This document shows, one piece after another, positions 52,101 through 64,000 of a stretch of 64,000 bases of DNA. Source of the DNA: Ascidiella aspersa. Its lineage: Eukaryota. Numbering within the stretch: position 1 is the stretch's first letter; every line of letters begins with the position of its first letter. Location of the stretch: contig OZ004607.1 in NCBI GenBank assembly GCA_963924565.1, forward strand, positions 7,068,001 to 7,132,000, given 5' to 3'. Made by a program: the position numbers and the translations under genes. Below the pieces are notes generated by a model. That model searched no databases. It was not told where the DNA came from and saw only the letters and a program-made list of their open reading frames with translations.

Positions 52101-55100
52101 CTAAACAAACATGAGGGGAAACAACCAAAAATTTCGATTAAAGCATATTAAATAAATGGAAAATAGGGTAACGGGGATAGCAGCCTATGAAAAAACGTGA
52201 AACAGTTTGCGCAGTAACATCACGGTTTGACAACATTTTTTTTTTCATTTTGAAACTTTTTCTTTGTTGTGACTCACCTTTTGGCGATTCGGCGTAACAT
52301 TGTAATGCACCGATGAGCAGTTGTTTCAAAACAAGCGAGTCATCTCTCAGTGGTTAAGACGAGTAGTTGACAATTGCAAAAGGCTTACTTTCAGGATTGC
52401 AACTTATCACAATTTTCACATTATATAAGTTTAAAACTTAAGCCCCTGAATATTCAATCTGTTTAGAACGGCGATATGAATCCGGACTGCAAATTTAAAA
52501 CGTTAAAAAATACAAATCGGCTGTTGTTGCTATTATTTTAAGGTTCATTTTTTCACCTAATTAGCCAAGCACTAATCCCGTGTGGTTAAATTTGAATAAA
52601 ATCTTACCTTAGATAAAGATCAAACTTCTGGTGTAAACAAAGTTTGGTATATAACTTCGTTTACAGCTGAAGAGCGATTTATATCTATTGATATGTAGCC
52701 TGGTGGACCAAATCTATTTTTTATCTTACAAAGCGAAATTTCGCTTTCTTGTGTAAGTATAAATTACGTATTTTAATGTATTTTAAAGGGCCAATCTTAA
52801 CCGAGGTGGATTAAAGGGCAATAAAAAAGTATCCTAAGATCGTATCAACGTATGTTACATAACTGACATCGCGTTCTAACCTAAAAGACAAAGAAGGTGT
52901 TATCTTGACGAATACTAGAAATCCTGAATATTTTTGGAAATAATATGAAGATCTAAGCACATTTTCAAATATTCCTTAATTTCGTCTAAATTGATAGGTT
53001 AAAAAATTAATAGGAAACAGCTGAATAGAATCCCAGTCACGACCCACAATATAAGCGTGGGAATTCCTAGAGGCTGATGTTTAAATGCAATTAAACACGC
53101 TTGACTGCCTTACTATTGCTGCAAGATTCGAGAATTCGACGGCAAGATAACCATTGTGTAAAAAGCAAAGGACTCAATTTGCACTAAAAAAACAAAAATC
53201 AATTTGCAAACCAAACGGTTACTGTTTTCCTGTTTGGTAGCGATATATCCGTTTAAAACAGACGACAGTGTATCGAAAACGTCCTAATCAAGATGATGTC
53301 GATCTACTCGACCTGTTTGGCTTTGCAATTTATTATCAAGCTACATTACAAATCCGTGCATAGTGTAACCAAGACAGTAATTATCTTTTAGTCCGATCTG
53401 CTTATTATGTGGCAACTGCCTTCACTATTACAAGGATTAAAGTTAGGCCTACCATATTCGGTTGCGCATTACTGCATTTTTAACTACACAAAACTTCGGT
53501 CATGTTAAAACGCGGCAACCCATCTGCGCGAAGCATAACTTTTTCGGAAACAATTAGCAAAACAAGGCTATTGCACAACCTACAGTAACAGCATCTCTCC
53601 AATCGCAACAGAGCGTCGCGCACTGCCAAGTGACTCTCATTTAAATAACAGCGAAGCCACTCGACTCAAATCGGCGTAGAAAGACGCCCGAAACTAGTTG
53701 GCTTCACTCTCCTATCGCCACAAACCACCAACCAGCTGGGGTGCTCTGTGACATCACTATTAGTGCCCATTGTGACCGAACAGGGGGGCAGGAATTTGAA
53801 GCACGCTCGAGGTGCACTTGGTCGACATGCGCAGTCCGTAGCGTCAAGTGAATTGTCGCACACGGGTGTGTGTTAGTATGTGATCGTGTGTTTGTCTAAA
53901 AGTCTTTCCCGCGTCTCTTTTTAGCCAATTACAAGTAGTAGCGACACTCTCGAGCTTTAACGGATACCAGGGCGGATTAAGGTGATGGCGCGCTCGAAGA
54001 AAGTGGTTTCTCATTCACCCAGCTGCTATTTGGCGGCGACCCAATATGCCTGAGGTAGTTTAAATACGTCCATCGCGCTCACGGATTGTGATAAAAATAC
54101 AGGACTGAACTACTAATTATGGGACATGTTTTGGAGATAAACGACTGGAACATATGCACAAAAGTCAAATACTAAAACACAAAAATTACACAGCCAGGAA
54201 CTGACCTCAACCTTTTTTGTATATCTGTGGTTATAGGTTCCGTAATTGTTACAATCGCTCTTTGAAAAAAAAATTGGCAGAATTGTGATGAGTTTTAGAC
54301 TCGTGGCAAGTTTGTGTTTAAGGGCGTAAGCATAGCACAACTACAATTAAATAAAAAAAAACCTTTGACCGGAAACAGAATTGTTTACTCTTTTCAGTAA
54401 GCCCAAAACACAAGTAAATCACTATGAAAGAAAACGTGGATTTGTCAGCGTTGTGTGAAAACGCAAATGTCAGCGTTGTGTGAAATACCCACAAAACCTA
54501 GCCGGAACTTAGCGCCAAGCGAAGTGCCAGCTTAAACTCGCTTTTGGCTACGTCAAAACAATAAAGAAACGTAAAGTGGGGTTAAAAATTCCAGTTGCAG
54601 GTACGCCCCATTAAATTTCCACAAATCCAATTTCTCCGAGCTGCTTTGATGTGCTTACGGAGCGTTAGATCACAAGGGCAAAAATGTCTGTAAACCACAA
54701 ATCTGTGGAGATTAAAAGATCATCGTTGCCTGAACTTTAAAGTATAATCCCTTGAACCGGGATCGCAGGCTTATGGTAAAATACATTTTAAATAATGTTT
54801 ATAAAAAACAAAAAAACTATCATATGACGTATAAAGTAATTTGTTCTGAAAAAAATTGTTTCTGTTTAAAAATGTGTTTTGAAAAACATAATAGTTTTCT
54901 GTTAATCTGAAATGCTCCTTCAAAATAGGTCGCTAATCCGAGAAACTAAAACAGCATTTTTAAACAACAAAGTTATCTTCAACCAAAACGAACATCAATG
55001 AAAACCAACAGTTGACACCAAAACAATAAAAAGCAGTAATTTCGCCAAATTTTTGTCGGCTCAATGCATTGCAAAGCGCTAATTTCACGCTCAGGCGGGC

Positions 55101-58100
55101 ACAGTTCAACTGCAAACAGCCAGGGCAGTGATTTAATGAAACAAGCACAGCTTTGCATGGCTAGATCGTAAAAACAACGGTTTAAGGCAGTGTTTATCAA
55201 CCTATTGGTCGCGACCCAAAATTAGGTCGCCGCTGAGGTTCGTTGAGTCGCAAATTGTAGTAGTTTTTGTTAAAGTTGGTTCTAAGCCAAATTTCCGGAA
55301 AATTTGAGAAGTGCTACGAAGACATTGCTCAAAAATTATTAAATTCGATTTTATTTATGCTATTTGTCTTATGCTTTGTTTAAACAGTTTTGTAAAGAGT
55401 TTTGGGTCTTCGATGTTGTACTTTACACTAAGTATTTGGGTGGCGGCGAAAAAATTGGTTTTAAGAAACACTTTAAACCTAACACTAGTTTTCCAAAATG
55501 CAATAACATTAGAGATAGACCGATATATCGGTTTACCGATAATATCGGCCGATATTTGGCTTCTACCAATATATCGGTATCGGTAAATGTAGGCCGATAC
55601 TTTTGCCGATATTTTAGCACAAAAATAAGATACAATTTTTCCTGTACAATAAACAACCTAGCAATGTTTTAATAAAAAAAAAATCATTTTAGCATACCGA
55701 CAAGTTTATATGCAAAATAATAGTTTAATAATTAATAAAGGTGTATAAACTGAAACATTATTAGGATTTCATTTTCAATTAATTCAAGTTTTGAACATTT
55801 CCCAGGTATATAAAAAAATCGGGTATCGGTATACTAACATAAAAACGAAACCTTTAAAACGCCAGGTTTAAACGGATATACAATTCTCTGTCCTTTGATT
55901 CGAATCATTTACTAAACAGGAAAGCACAACCTGTTTCACTTCCACGTTAAAAATATACAAATAGTTTTTTATTACCAGCAAAATAAACTAGCAAAGCTAG
56001 CAATTCAGGTCAGACACATTAACCAGATCTTAAAAGATATATATATATTTCGCCAACTAAGGCATCGTCAGTATATTTTAATTCGAATGAATAGTTTTTA
56101 TTATATTAAAGTTCTTCCAGCATTCTAAAAGCAAAAAAAATATTACCAGCAAAATAAAAAAGAGGGTGTGCTAACCGCACGGCGTCGAACTGTTTGTAGA
56201 AAGAAATTTTTGCAAGTCGGTCACGAATGTAAAAATCTTGATCTTTTGTGATGCACTTGTTTCGCATAGAAAGTCTCACGCAGAATAAAGCGTAGAAAAT
56301 CGTCTCAACTAACCTGGGACTTGCAGAATAAAGCGTAGAAAATCGTCTCAACTAACCTGGGACTTGCAGAATAAAGCGTAGAAAATCGTCTCAACTAACC
56401 TGGGACTTGCAGAATAAAGCGTAGAAAATCGTCTCAACTAACCTGGGACTTTGCACCAGGCAAGTGTTGGTGAGAATCGACACCCATTCGGCCATTTCCT
56501 TGTACGACTCGGCGCTGATGTAGTAGGTTCGCATTCCCTGGTGTTCGATCTGAATTTAAAATTGGCAAGTTACTCTTCTATTGAAAAACCGTTTTAAAAA
56601 TATATCTAGCGATGCTTCTCAATTACGTGTGGTCACAATACTACTGTGTATACAGTTCAAAGATAAACCTACGTTCGAGGATTTTTTAAATAAAATCATA
56701 TTTAACCTATTGTCGACAACGTATAGCAGAACGCAACATAAGTCTTTTATGTTTTTTTTAATGCTGGAGCAAAAGTGTCCTAATATTAGTAAATATTTAT
56801 ATACCAAAGTAACTTATGTCAGGGCCTGTATGTTTGCATTTTATTAGAATATATGTAATGGTACGTCATTTTCGGCGTCTAATGCGCTTCTGATACAAGG
56901 GATTTACCAGAGAAACGAAAAAGGATCGGAAGACAAACAACTTACTTTGTATTTATCGATTTTTATTAATTCCCATCTTGCAGCAATGTGTACAACAACT
57001 ATGGCAAAGCATTACAATAACCGCACCTATAGCACGTGAGTGTCGCTGTATAAGAACACAGAAAAAGGGTACAGACGCGTATAGGTACCCAATGCGATTT
57101 CAAAAAATCTAAAATGCGAATTCAAAACTTTTAGGCGCGCACTGTCGCCGCTTCAGGGCAGCATCGGAAACCGCTCCTTGCATATAACATTCCACCCTTG
57201 CCGCAGCATAAGGTCCACAACAAGACGCAGCAATATTGCGGGACCCAAAATTCGGCGCTAAAACCACAAACTGCCGAAACACCCCCGGGGTTAATTTGAA
57301 ATGTAAACACAAGTTCGCCCCTGGCACGAAATACAACCCGAAGGGCAAATTGAGAGCAGCGATTTTTGTTTCGCTGTTGGCAAATCTATTTGTCACTAAA
57401 CGAGCGGTCAATAAAACTAACTGGTTCACGTGTTTGCTGAAAAATTTGGATAGACTGCAACGGTTCAGGGGTCATACATGTCAGTCAGGAATAATATTTA
57501 CAGTGGCACTATTTTTTGTAAGTAAGGAACCTTTTTATCGCTTATTTGGAGACGAACCTCGCTAGAATGTAACATTTAAAAAGTAAAATATTATACAACC
57601 GCAGGCATTTCAAGGCTGTGCAAATTAAATTTTAAACCTTTAAACAAATCCTTTATCGACAGAACAAAATATATGGATGGACTCATTTTCTCAAATATAG
57701 CCCTTTTTTCGAACTACGCATTAGCTTGCTTAAAAAGCATCTGTAGACTGTAATTCGAAATAATTGAAAAAAATACTTAAAAAGAAGCAATAAAAAAATA
57801 TGTTTATCACGTGATTTATAAAGTTAGTGGTCGCGGCAAATAATTTTGTGTTTTACGTTTTTAAATGCGTCTGTGGCGGAAGAAGAAAGTACGAGAAATC
57901 GCAAACTAATTCCTGCAATGCGCGATTTCAAACCCAAAAATGGAGTTTAATGAAAAAAAATGTTTTTTTTTGGCTTCGTATAAATATACGTCAACATCTA
58001 TAATGATAATAAATTGTTACTCTTGAGTCGAGAAATTATTAATGTCGATTTAGATTAAACCAACATTTTAGAAAAAAACGTTTTTCCAAAATAAATGCCG

Positions 58101-61100
58101 TATTTTTTATCGCTTGGGTGGCCTTCTACGGGTGGCATAATGTGTTTATTAAAAAAGGAACACTCATTCGTTTGTGATGACTTCACGCTAAATTCCTAGC
58201 TAGTCGTAACGACATGTTTTCACCATGTTCAAACACTGTCTTCCTAAACCAGAATGCCACCACCTTTAGTCAGTTATTCCGTCAAATTTTTTGAGGCGCA
58301 GCGTTGGCCACCCTCGAGCGCCCTCGTGCGTCCATTACGCGAGGTTACTTAGGGTCAACAGACGCGGGACGCTCAAACTTTACACAGACCTTAAAGGCGT
58401 ATTTCCTGTTGATCTTATCGTCTGGGTTGACCGTGGAAATGTCGTAGCTTGGCAGGACGATGCTTCCGAGGGCCTCTTCTTCTTTTGGGTCTGAGGAGGA
58501 CACATTTGCATTTACATATTAAGGCTCGTCTGGCGTCTGCCTTACGAAGATATGAAGAAGCAATGATACACTAGCGATCCAACTTTCCTATAATTTGTGC
58601 AAAAAGTTAAGCCATCCGATAATTTTTATGATATTACAATTCTCAAACAGTAAAACATTCCAAACCGAAATCCATACAAGACATTGTTCAGTATAATATA
58701 TGTTCATATATTTCATTTAACTTTAAACACTAGGTTATCTTTACTGTAAGAACGCTATTTTGTTCGCTATTTTGTTCTTTTATTAGATTGTATGCCAACC
58801 TGAAGACTTTAATTAATTGGATCGACTCAAAACGGTTTCGATATACAACTTACAATTTTGCAGTTGTTAGTTTGTCTGTGGTTGATCAATTTGTTTAACC
58901 GAACAATTATAACAAAGTTAATTTTTAAGTTATGACTTTTCGAATTTGCTTCAAAACTAGTGGGCTTATTTTTGGTCAGCCGTCGAGATGTGAAAAAAAT
59001 TTAAGCACGGTGCCAAGTGGTTTTGAAACGCCTAAACTTGAAACGAAAGAGCAAACATAAAAACCCTACAAGCCTGGTTGAAAAGGAATGGTTGAAACAT
59101 AAATAAATTATATTGGATTTTATATTTTCAAGACTATTAAATTTGTGACTGCATTAGAAGATGAGCGTAAAATTATCCGGAAACAGGTGCTTTGTGAACA
59201 ATTGAAGGCGTATATGCGCAATTACCTAAAAATACAACCAATAATTTCCGCCAACCCGCTTTAGCAAGGCTGATTAACTGACGGACCTTAGTATAGTGCT
59301 AAAACTCGCAACCAAGTGCAATTTAAGTTACAATAAAGCTAAAAAAATCCCATAAAATTAAATGTGGACGTGGTAAACCGCATCAACCGTATCAAAGCAA
59401 GTTAGTTTTAATTATAATCTAGCCCTATACTGTATGACTATAGTTAAGTAACCCTGCACTATAGTATTAAATATTCTAACCTTTGTAGTAGAAGAGGCAA
59501 AAGTCTGAGAGCACGAACCAGCGCTTTCGCCACATTTTCATGCCGCCCATTCCACTGTTGTCCTGCTTGTACAACCAACCACTCTTGGCCACGAGCGAGC
59601 TGGGATCGCGTCGCATCACCGTCATCTTCAAAGCCTTGTGGAGGCTCTGCGAGGAACGGCGAGCCGAACTGGGCCGCTTCTCCTTGGGCTGCGTTTGCGA
59701 AAAGTTGGAGAGTTTTTTATTTTCCATATAGAAGTAGGCAGTTTAGTTAAAGAACATCAATGTCACGTTGAAAATAAGACCAAATTAGGACTAATACCTA
59801 ATAGTCGGAGTAACGTCTAAATAGAAATAAGTCCTAAATCCGTCCGTATACGACCTAAATCCCCTTACGCTGACAGTGTCGGTCAAACGAGGGCTGCCCA
59901 AATGTCGTCAGCAAAACGACCAAAGAACATATTTATACATACGATGTTACATTCAAGGACGATCGTCATGACATAAAAATTCAAAAGCACTGTGTTGACT
60001 GTTAACCAAACGATTGGCGAAAAATAAAGTTTAAAAAATAAACAGGAAACTGCAAAACTATAATCTACTGTTTTTATGTTGTAGAAATGCATTATAATGC
60101 AAAATATTAAATAATTAGTGTTAAAAATCTTACTTCAATTTTTTCCACTCTCGTTTTGTGATTCTTGCTCTTTAAAAACAAAACAAGATTAATAACCTTT
60201 ACTTAAACAAAACATGTTTTTCCATTACCACCTAACTTTTATATTAAGAAATTATAATAATTAGGACACTTACATTGCCTGAAATATATCTGCACCTTTC
60301 TATACCTACAAGAACTACAAAGATGACAAGAGCGACATAGCAACTAGTAGAATGCTCCAAAATGGCAAGTGACCTTTAAATTTTGGCTTCAGCTTGCAAG
60401 TTTAGTTGCCTAAACAGCCCAGGGCCAGGCTTTACATGATTCACCTGAGCCACAATATACATAGATAAACACGACAAATTGCCAAGGGCACAAGAAATGG
60501 CTCCTCTAATCTACGATCACTTTTTATTTTAGAAAACAAGATAAATTCCTCACTTTGTTTTTCTCTCATTTCCATACATAAATTATTAGACGTGGATCAC
60601 ATAATACTCTACTTGTCGTTTATTGCAGCTTATGCATTAATATTTATGTGAAATTGAACGAAGTTCCCTGAATTTCACTCACACTGCTTCGTCGGAAGAG
60701 CGGTCTGGAAAGGGTCTCTGTAAACGATGGTCTGCGCTTTTTCTTTTTTAATGTTGAATCACTACAAAGTAAAAAATATATATATAAAATCCATTTGATT
60801 GTAAAAAAATACAAATTGCTTTAGAATTGTGAAAAAGATAGCAAAATATTTTGCACAAGAAGTTTTTAAGTGTTTACATCTTAATAAAATTGTAAACCAC
60901 TAGAGAAAAATTTATTAAATCCAAGACCACAAAGACTTTCTTTGTTTACCAATAACATTTAACTAAAGTTCTGGCCATATAATAGTTCTTCAGTCTGATG
61001 ACTCAGGCTAGTTAGAGTGCTTATACAGGGTGCTTGAGGTGAAATGTAGACACTTAAGTATTTAATCACACTTGTCCCTATACTATTACAATGGTCAGCC

Positions 61101-61653
61101 AACAAATCTAGTTACAATCTGGCAAAAGCCATAAATGTCAAGACAACATTGCAGAAGTTCTGTGATTTTCATATGTTTGGCTTCCCTCTTAACGGTATAT
61201 TTATATAAAAGAAAACTTTAGTAAAATAATGAAATATTGTATTGATAGGGCTAACTTTAAAAAAATGCATATACATTGAGACACTAGTTTAGTAAAATAA
61301 ACTGCAAATACTTTAATTATAAAAAATGATTGAAAACATTTCAAATATTTTTTTAAATACTTCATTTGGTAAATAAGAAGTCACATAATTTAAAAAAAAA
61401 AACTTTTCGAAAATACTTGGTGAACAATTTGTAAATTATGCAAAAACCAAGTGTTTCTGCAGTTTGTAAAATATCCTTAGACATTTGTTAAACTCAATGA
61501 TGGTTATATATAAATCTAACTTTTTAATATTTTTGCAATTTTTTAGATAGAACATGTAAGAGGTAAATACAGTAAATGCAAAATTGATCTTACTTGTCTT
61601 GGTGTTGTTCAGCCTCATTTGGATGCACAAAGGTTGTTGTTCTGTCATTGTGG
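19151..61653 (-). CDS. PLEKHA7: Pleckstrin homology domain-containing family A member 5/6/7-like (WW-PH-coiled coil), 5' end probably outside window; about 1129 aa within window
   Basis: In-phase exons (-): 61594-61653 (WW end HNDRTTTFVHP), 60683-60761, 59481-59688 (GWLYKQD..WRKRWFVLSDFCLFYYK), 58390-58490, 56443-56549 (MRTYYISAES..EW), 33986-34591, 32774-32908, 31991-32053, 31311-31512, 30318-30535, 29538-29635, 28843-28898, 28324-28368, 27862-27933, 27301-27427, 26633-26703, 26247-26347, 25815-25942, 25100-25172, 24160-24326, 22640-22829 (RTKSAAERL), 21873-21969, 21244-21270, 20528-20752, 19151-19285 (PDKVAIPDRYVE...IEEMLARSG*). The symbol is family-level; this is likely a co-ortholog of PLEKHA4-7. 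Confidence 0.88.
19412..19616. mobile_element. hAT MITE (same family as 39631-39930)
   Basis: Ends ...gtttaagaacccctg, with 8-bp TSD-like gtttgaac/gtttaaac. It shares actagtttt(g/a)ggggt and aaaataaaacg..tttgcactgaatg with the 39.6-kb copy. Confidence 0.7.
20063..20123. repeat. Short perfect tandem duplication (~30 bp x2)
   Basis: aaaatcaggataaacaagataagccaccc occurs twice in tandem. Confidence 0.8.
23128..23566. mobile_element. hAT (Charlie/Buster-type) MITE
   Basis: TIR CAGTGGTTCTCAAC...GTTGAGAACCACTG, perfect 8-bp TSD CTTTAGAC, subterminal gtggtacgc repeats. Confidence 0.92.
24020..24117 (+). repeat. ~100-bp dispersed repeat, copy 1 (copy 2 at 55988-56088)
   Basis: ctagcaaagctag(t/c)aattcaggtcagaca...agatcttaaaagatatatat..tttcgccaac..aa..catcgtcagtatat.ttaattcgaat is present at both sites. 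Confidence 0.8.
24693..25015. mobile_element. hAT-type MITE
   Basis: TIR (a)atagacgccga...ttggcgtctatg, with perfect 8-bp TSD GCTGGGTG. Confidence 0.85.
29665..30005 (+). mobile_element. Degenerate hAT-like MITE (ccgatacc-rich family)
   Basis: The 5' part resembles the reverse complement of 33738-33834. It has repeated atcgg/ccgat motifs; boundaries are approximate. Confidence 0.45.
30703..31012. mobile_element. hAT (Charlie/Buster-type) MITE
   Basis: TIR CAGTGCCTCCCAACC...GGTTGGGAAGCACTG, TSD agttaatg/agctaatg, gtgggtcgc subterminal repeats. Confidence 0.85.
32474..32712. mobile_element. Degenerate TIR MITE
   Basis: cagggtgtccac ... gtggccccccg ends with internal aatttaaag repeats; TSD not clear. 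Confidence 0.45.
33738..33834 (-). mobile_element. hAT-like MITE end (TAGAGATGTCCG terminus)
   Basis: Ends ...cggacatctcta and contains ccgatacc/ggtatcgg motifs; related to 29665-30005. Confidence 0.5.
39631..39930. mobile_element. hAT MITE
   Basis: TIR CAGGGGTTCTTAAA...TTTAAGAACCCCTG, with imperfect TSD tactaacc/tagttacc. Confidence 0.85.
40547..40795. repeat. Diverged ~150-bp tandem duplication
   Basis: atacggtt..tatag..t..gt.ggaaagccatccacaggtaaa...acgaaaaa...aaatgtt.aacaac occurs twice. Confidence 0.7.
46181..46420. repeat. Diverged ~145-bp tandem duplication
   Basis: atgggcgatg.ttg.aattaaacaa...tagctcaaccactaa..aaaaggtttac...caaaat.aaaaactca occurs twice. Confidence 0.75.
48825..48952. 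promoter_or_regulatory. Candidate intronic promoter/enhancer (CRE/ATF, E-box and Fox motif cluster)
   Basis: TGACGTAA 48827, TGACGTCA 48868 overlapping CACGTG, TGACGTAA 48916 and GTAAACAA 48943, all in a locally GC-rich patch. Confidence 0.35.
51659..52091. mobile_element. hAT (Charlie/Buster-type) MITE
   Basis: TIR CAGTGATTGTCAACC...GGTTGAGAATAACTG, perfect TSD ATCTATAC, cggctct subterminal repeats. Confidence 0.88.
55188..55473. mobile_element. Degenerate hAT MITE
   Basis: cagtgtttatcaacct..ggtcgcgaccc at the start and ...ttaagaaacact at the end; similar to the 30703 family. Confidence 0.6.
55510..55832 (+). mobile_element. hAT-like MITE fragment (TAGAGATAGACCGAT terminus)
   Basis: tagagatagaccgatatatcgg followed by a dense run of ccgata/tatcgg subterminal repeats. 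Confidence 0.6.
55988..56088 (+). repeat. ~100-bp dispersed repeat, copy 2
   Basis: Matches 24020-24117. It is flanked by the direct repeat attaccagcaaaataaa at about 55971 and 56142. Confidence 0.75.
56280..56451. repeat. Perfect 43-bp minisatellite x4 overlapping a splice donor
   Basis: gcagaataaagcgtagaaaatcgtctcaactaacctgggactt occurs at 56280, 56323, 56366 and 56409. Confidence 0.95.
56443..59688 (-). CDS. PH-domain-encoding exons of the PLEKHA gene (3 exons)
   Basis: Spliced translation KSGWLYKQDNSGMGGMKMWRKRWFVLSDFCLFYYKDPKEEEALGSIVLPSYDISTVNPDDKINRKYAFKIEHQGMRTYYISAESYKEMAEWVSIL is a typical PEPP/PLEKHA4-7 PH domain. Confidence 0.93.
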
Positions 61654-64000
61654 CTGTAAATTAAAGTACAACTTATTAGTTTAAAAAACTTACAAAATAC
61701 TTCCATTATAAGGATTTAAAACCTATATTTCTTAATGGTTACATGCACATTAGGTGGTATAAGTTAAATTTTTAAGTCAGATAGATGTAATTAGATTATT
61801 ATATTTTTGCTGTAATACTATCTCCTTAGTCCTTAGTATATATATCATGTTTGGCAGCAACAGGAAAACTATAATTAGGTTGTCATTCATTTAATTATCA
61901 CTTCAGCGTTTTCTTTGAGTCTGCATACTGAAAAAGAGGCCGTACAGGGATAGTAACAAATTGTTAACAGCCACAAAATGCAGCACGCTTGGAAAGATTT
62001 TAATAGCTCGACTTTTATACATATTCTGTGGAGCAGAACCAAAAACATCACAAAATCAATGAAAGTCAGTAAAGCGGTCACATTTACAAAGGTAATGGAA
62101 TTTACACTATCAGTTACAAAAATAACAGAGGCACGAAGTCATTGATTTTGTAGACGTTAACAATTCTGTTGCAGAAAAAATAAAAAAATTATAAACAAAA
62201 GACATTTAAGTGACTCTAAATTCTAAACCGAAATTAACCTATTCAAAAAATTAAGAAAATGTCATTTTTAAATTAATCAGGACAAGAATAATAATGAACC
62301 TAAAATAATAAAAACGTTGTAAATATTTGTCAGTGTGATTTTGGGATTATATTTAACATATTAAACTATACATGTACAGTTCCAATCTGAAATGATTGAA
62401 TAATGTCCATTGTCCGGTGACCATTTGAAACAGGTCGGACAAGGGTGAATTGAAAAGTCAGTTAAGATTACACGAATGACACCACAAAGCGTCATTATGC
62501 GCAAACAAAACACCAGGCTTTGTGACACAACCGTCCCGTCACCAACAATCTCAATAAGCATTCGAAAATTCTTCCAGAAATCCAATGAATGGAATTCTCC
62601 GTTGACGACAAAGCTCTAAGCTTTTGATTAAACACAAGTTATGGTCTGAATTAAGGGCCCTCGCAAATGGTAAACAAGCAGAGTGAAAAGTGCTAGGGAT
62701 GATGTGTACAACCAAACTGGTTTAAAGTAACATTAGATACTGGTGGGCAAACTAAAGAGGCCGGTTTTGGTGATGTTTGATATGTTTTGTAATAACACTA
62801 ACCAACTTAAACTCCATATTATAAATATTTTGTTAGTTAAAAAGTGTTTTGTCAACTTAAAATGTCAAGATTACAACTTGACAACTAAAACTTTATAAGC
62901 AATACATGCAAAACTGCATTTATCCAACATTTTAATTTAGCAAATCCTAAATGCAACATTAGGTAGATAGGAGCAGGGGCTCTAGGAAGTTTCTCAGTTT
63001 AGAAACAACACATGATCAAAATAAATACAGCGCTTCTCCCAGACATTTCAAAACAAGCGAATGCCTGAGGGCCAAAGCATGTCGCCGTCTGATAAACCAG
63101 GCCCAGACCAACACAATCTTTTTCTACATAAATCACTGAGATACTCAAGATAACTGGAAACACTGGTGCATCACTAATTTTAGATTCAAATAAAAATATT
63201 TTTGTATGACATCTACCTGGATTTAAGTTACATGTTTTAAGTTATCATGCAAACACTGAATACATTAATAAAATTAGCATCATTACCTTAATGACATCTT
63301 TAACTTTCTGTGGGGTCATTTATATGCTAGGTTAAGGCCAGGTTTACTTTTCCTCAAACAAAACTTTTAACATGTTGTCTACACTTCTAATTGGCAATAT
63401 AGGAAACCTCCTAGTTCGCTGGACCATTCACAAGCTTCCTACCTTTCAACACAAAAACACATTCCCACTACAACTACTATAAAATGCAAAAAAAGTCACC
63501 AGTCGGTTGAGAAAAAGGGGTTTTAATGAACATTTAAAAAAAGGGGGACTGCACGGTTCATAGTTAGTTCAGGCGGTTGACTTCTTTGGTCCAAAACGTT
63601 GCCGCCAAAAAGTAAACGCACACTCAACTACACAGGGTTGTCAAATTACTGGGCTGAGTCAGACTCACAACCGCAGTGCAAACATGAAAGGCAAATAGTG
63701 TTACACCCAGGCATTTGATAGAACACTGTAAATTTACCAGGCATGTACAAGTAGGAGAGAATGTGCAAAATTGCCATAAATCAAAACAGCAAACCATTTC
63801 AGGCAAGATAAATTGTGGTTATTTGGTTGTGTTTCCAAAAGTGTTAACTCCTGTTGCTGAATTTTATGTGTTCCAAGAAAATGATGGCACATATTTTTCT
63901 GCTTACAGCAGAACATGGTAAATGCAAATTATTTTGCAGACCTTGCAGTTATCAAAATATTTCCATAACTTTATTATTTTAATAAAGGATTACCAAACTG

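Noticed and set aside
63005-63045. Minus-strand VWEKRCIYFDHV as the missing WW exon
   Set aside because: The spacing is too short for a WW domain and there is no phase-2 donor at the required position. The upstream WW exons probably lie outside the window.

Overview
AT-rich animal genomic DNA with spliced genes. The organism is probably a non-vertebrate chordate or other invertebrate, and tunicate-like is only a guess. (1) 1-7.6 kb: two arrays of a 204/202-bp tandem repeat in opposite orientation (14 monomers on +, about 12 on -). They flank a 2.2-kb rearranged Ty3/Gypsy (CsRn1-like) fragment with an intact RNase H-integrase frame. The fragment has an abnormal order: partial LTR / pol / PPT / full LTR / tRNA-Trp PBS, with no TSD. 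A candidate CACTA-like terminus lies at 7639, so the whole block may be one giant foldback-type element. (2) 10557-15535 (+): a complete 8-exon uronyl 2-O-sulfotransferase-like gene (347 aa). (3) ~17.4-61.7 kb (-): a PLEKHA5/6/7-family WW-PH-coiled-coil gene, 5' end probably outside the window. I assembled 25 in-phase exons by hand. It has a 21.85-kb intron after the PH domain that contains candidate alternative first exons, a quadruplicated splice donor, micro-exons and alternative C-termini. Many hAT- and mariner-type MITEs sit in the introns. All exon models were read manually from GT-AG sites and frame continuity; no database search was run.
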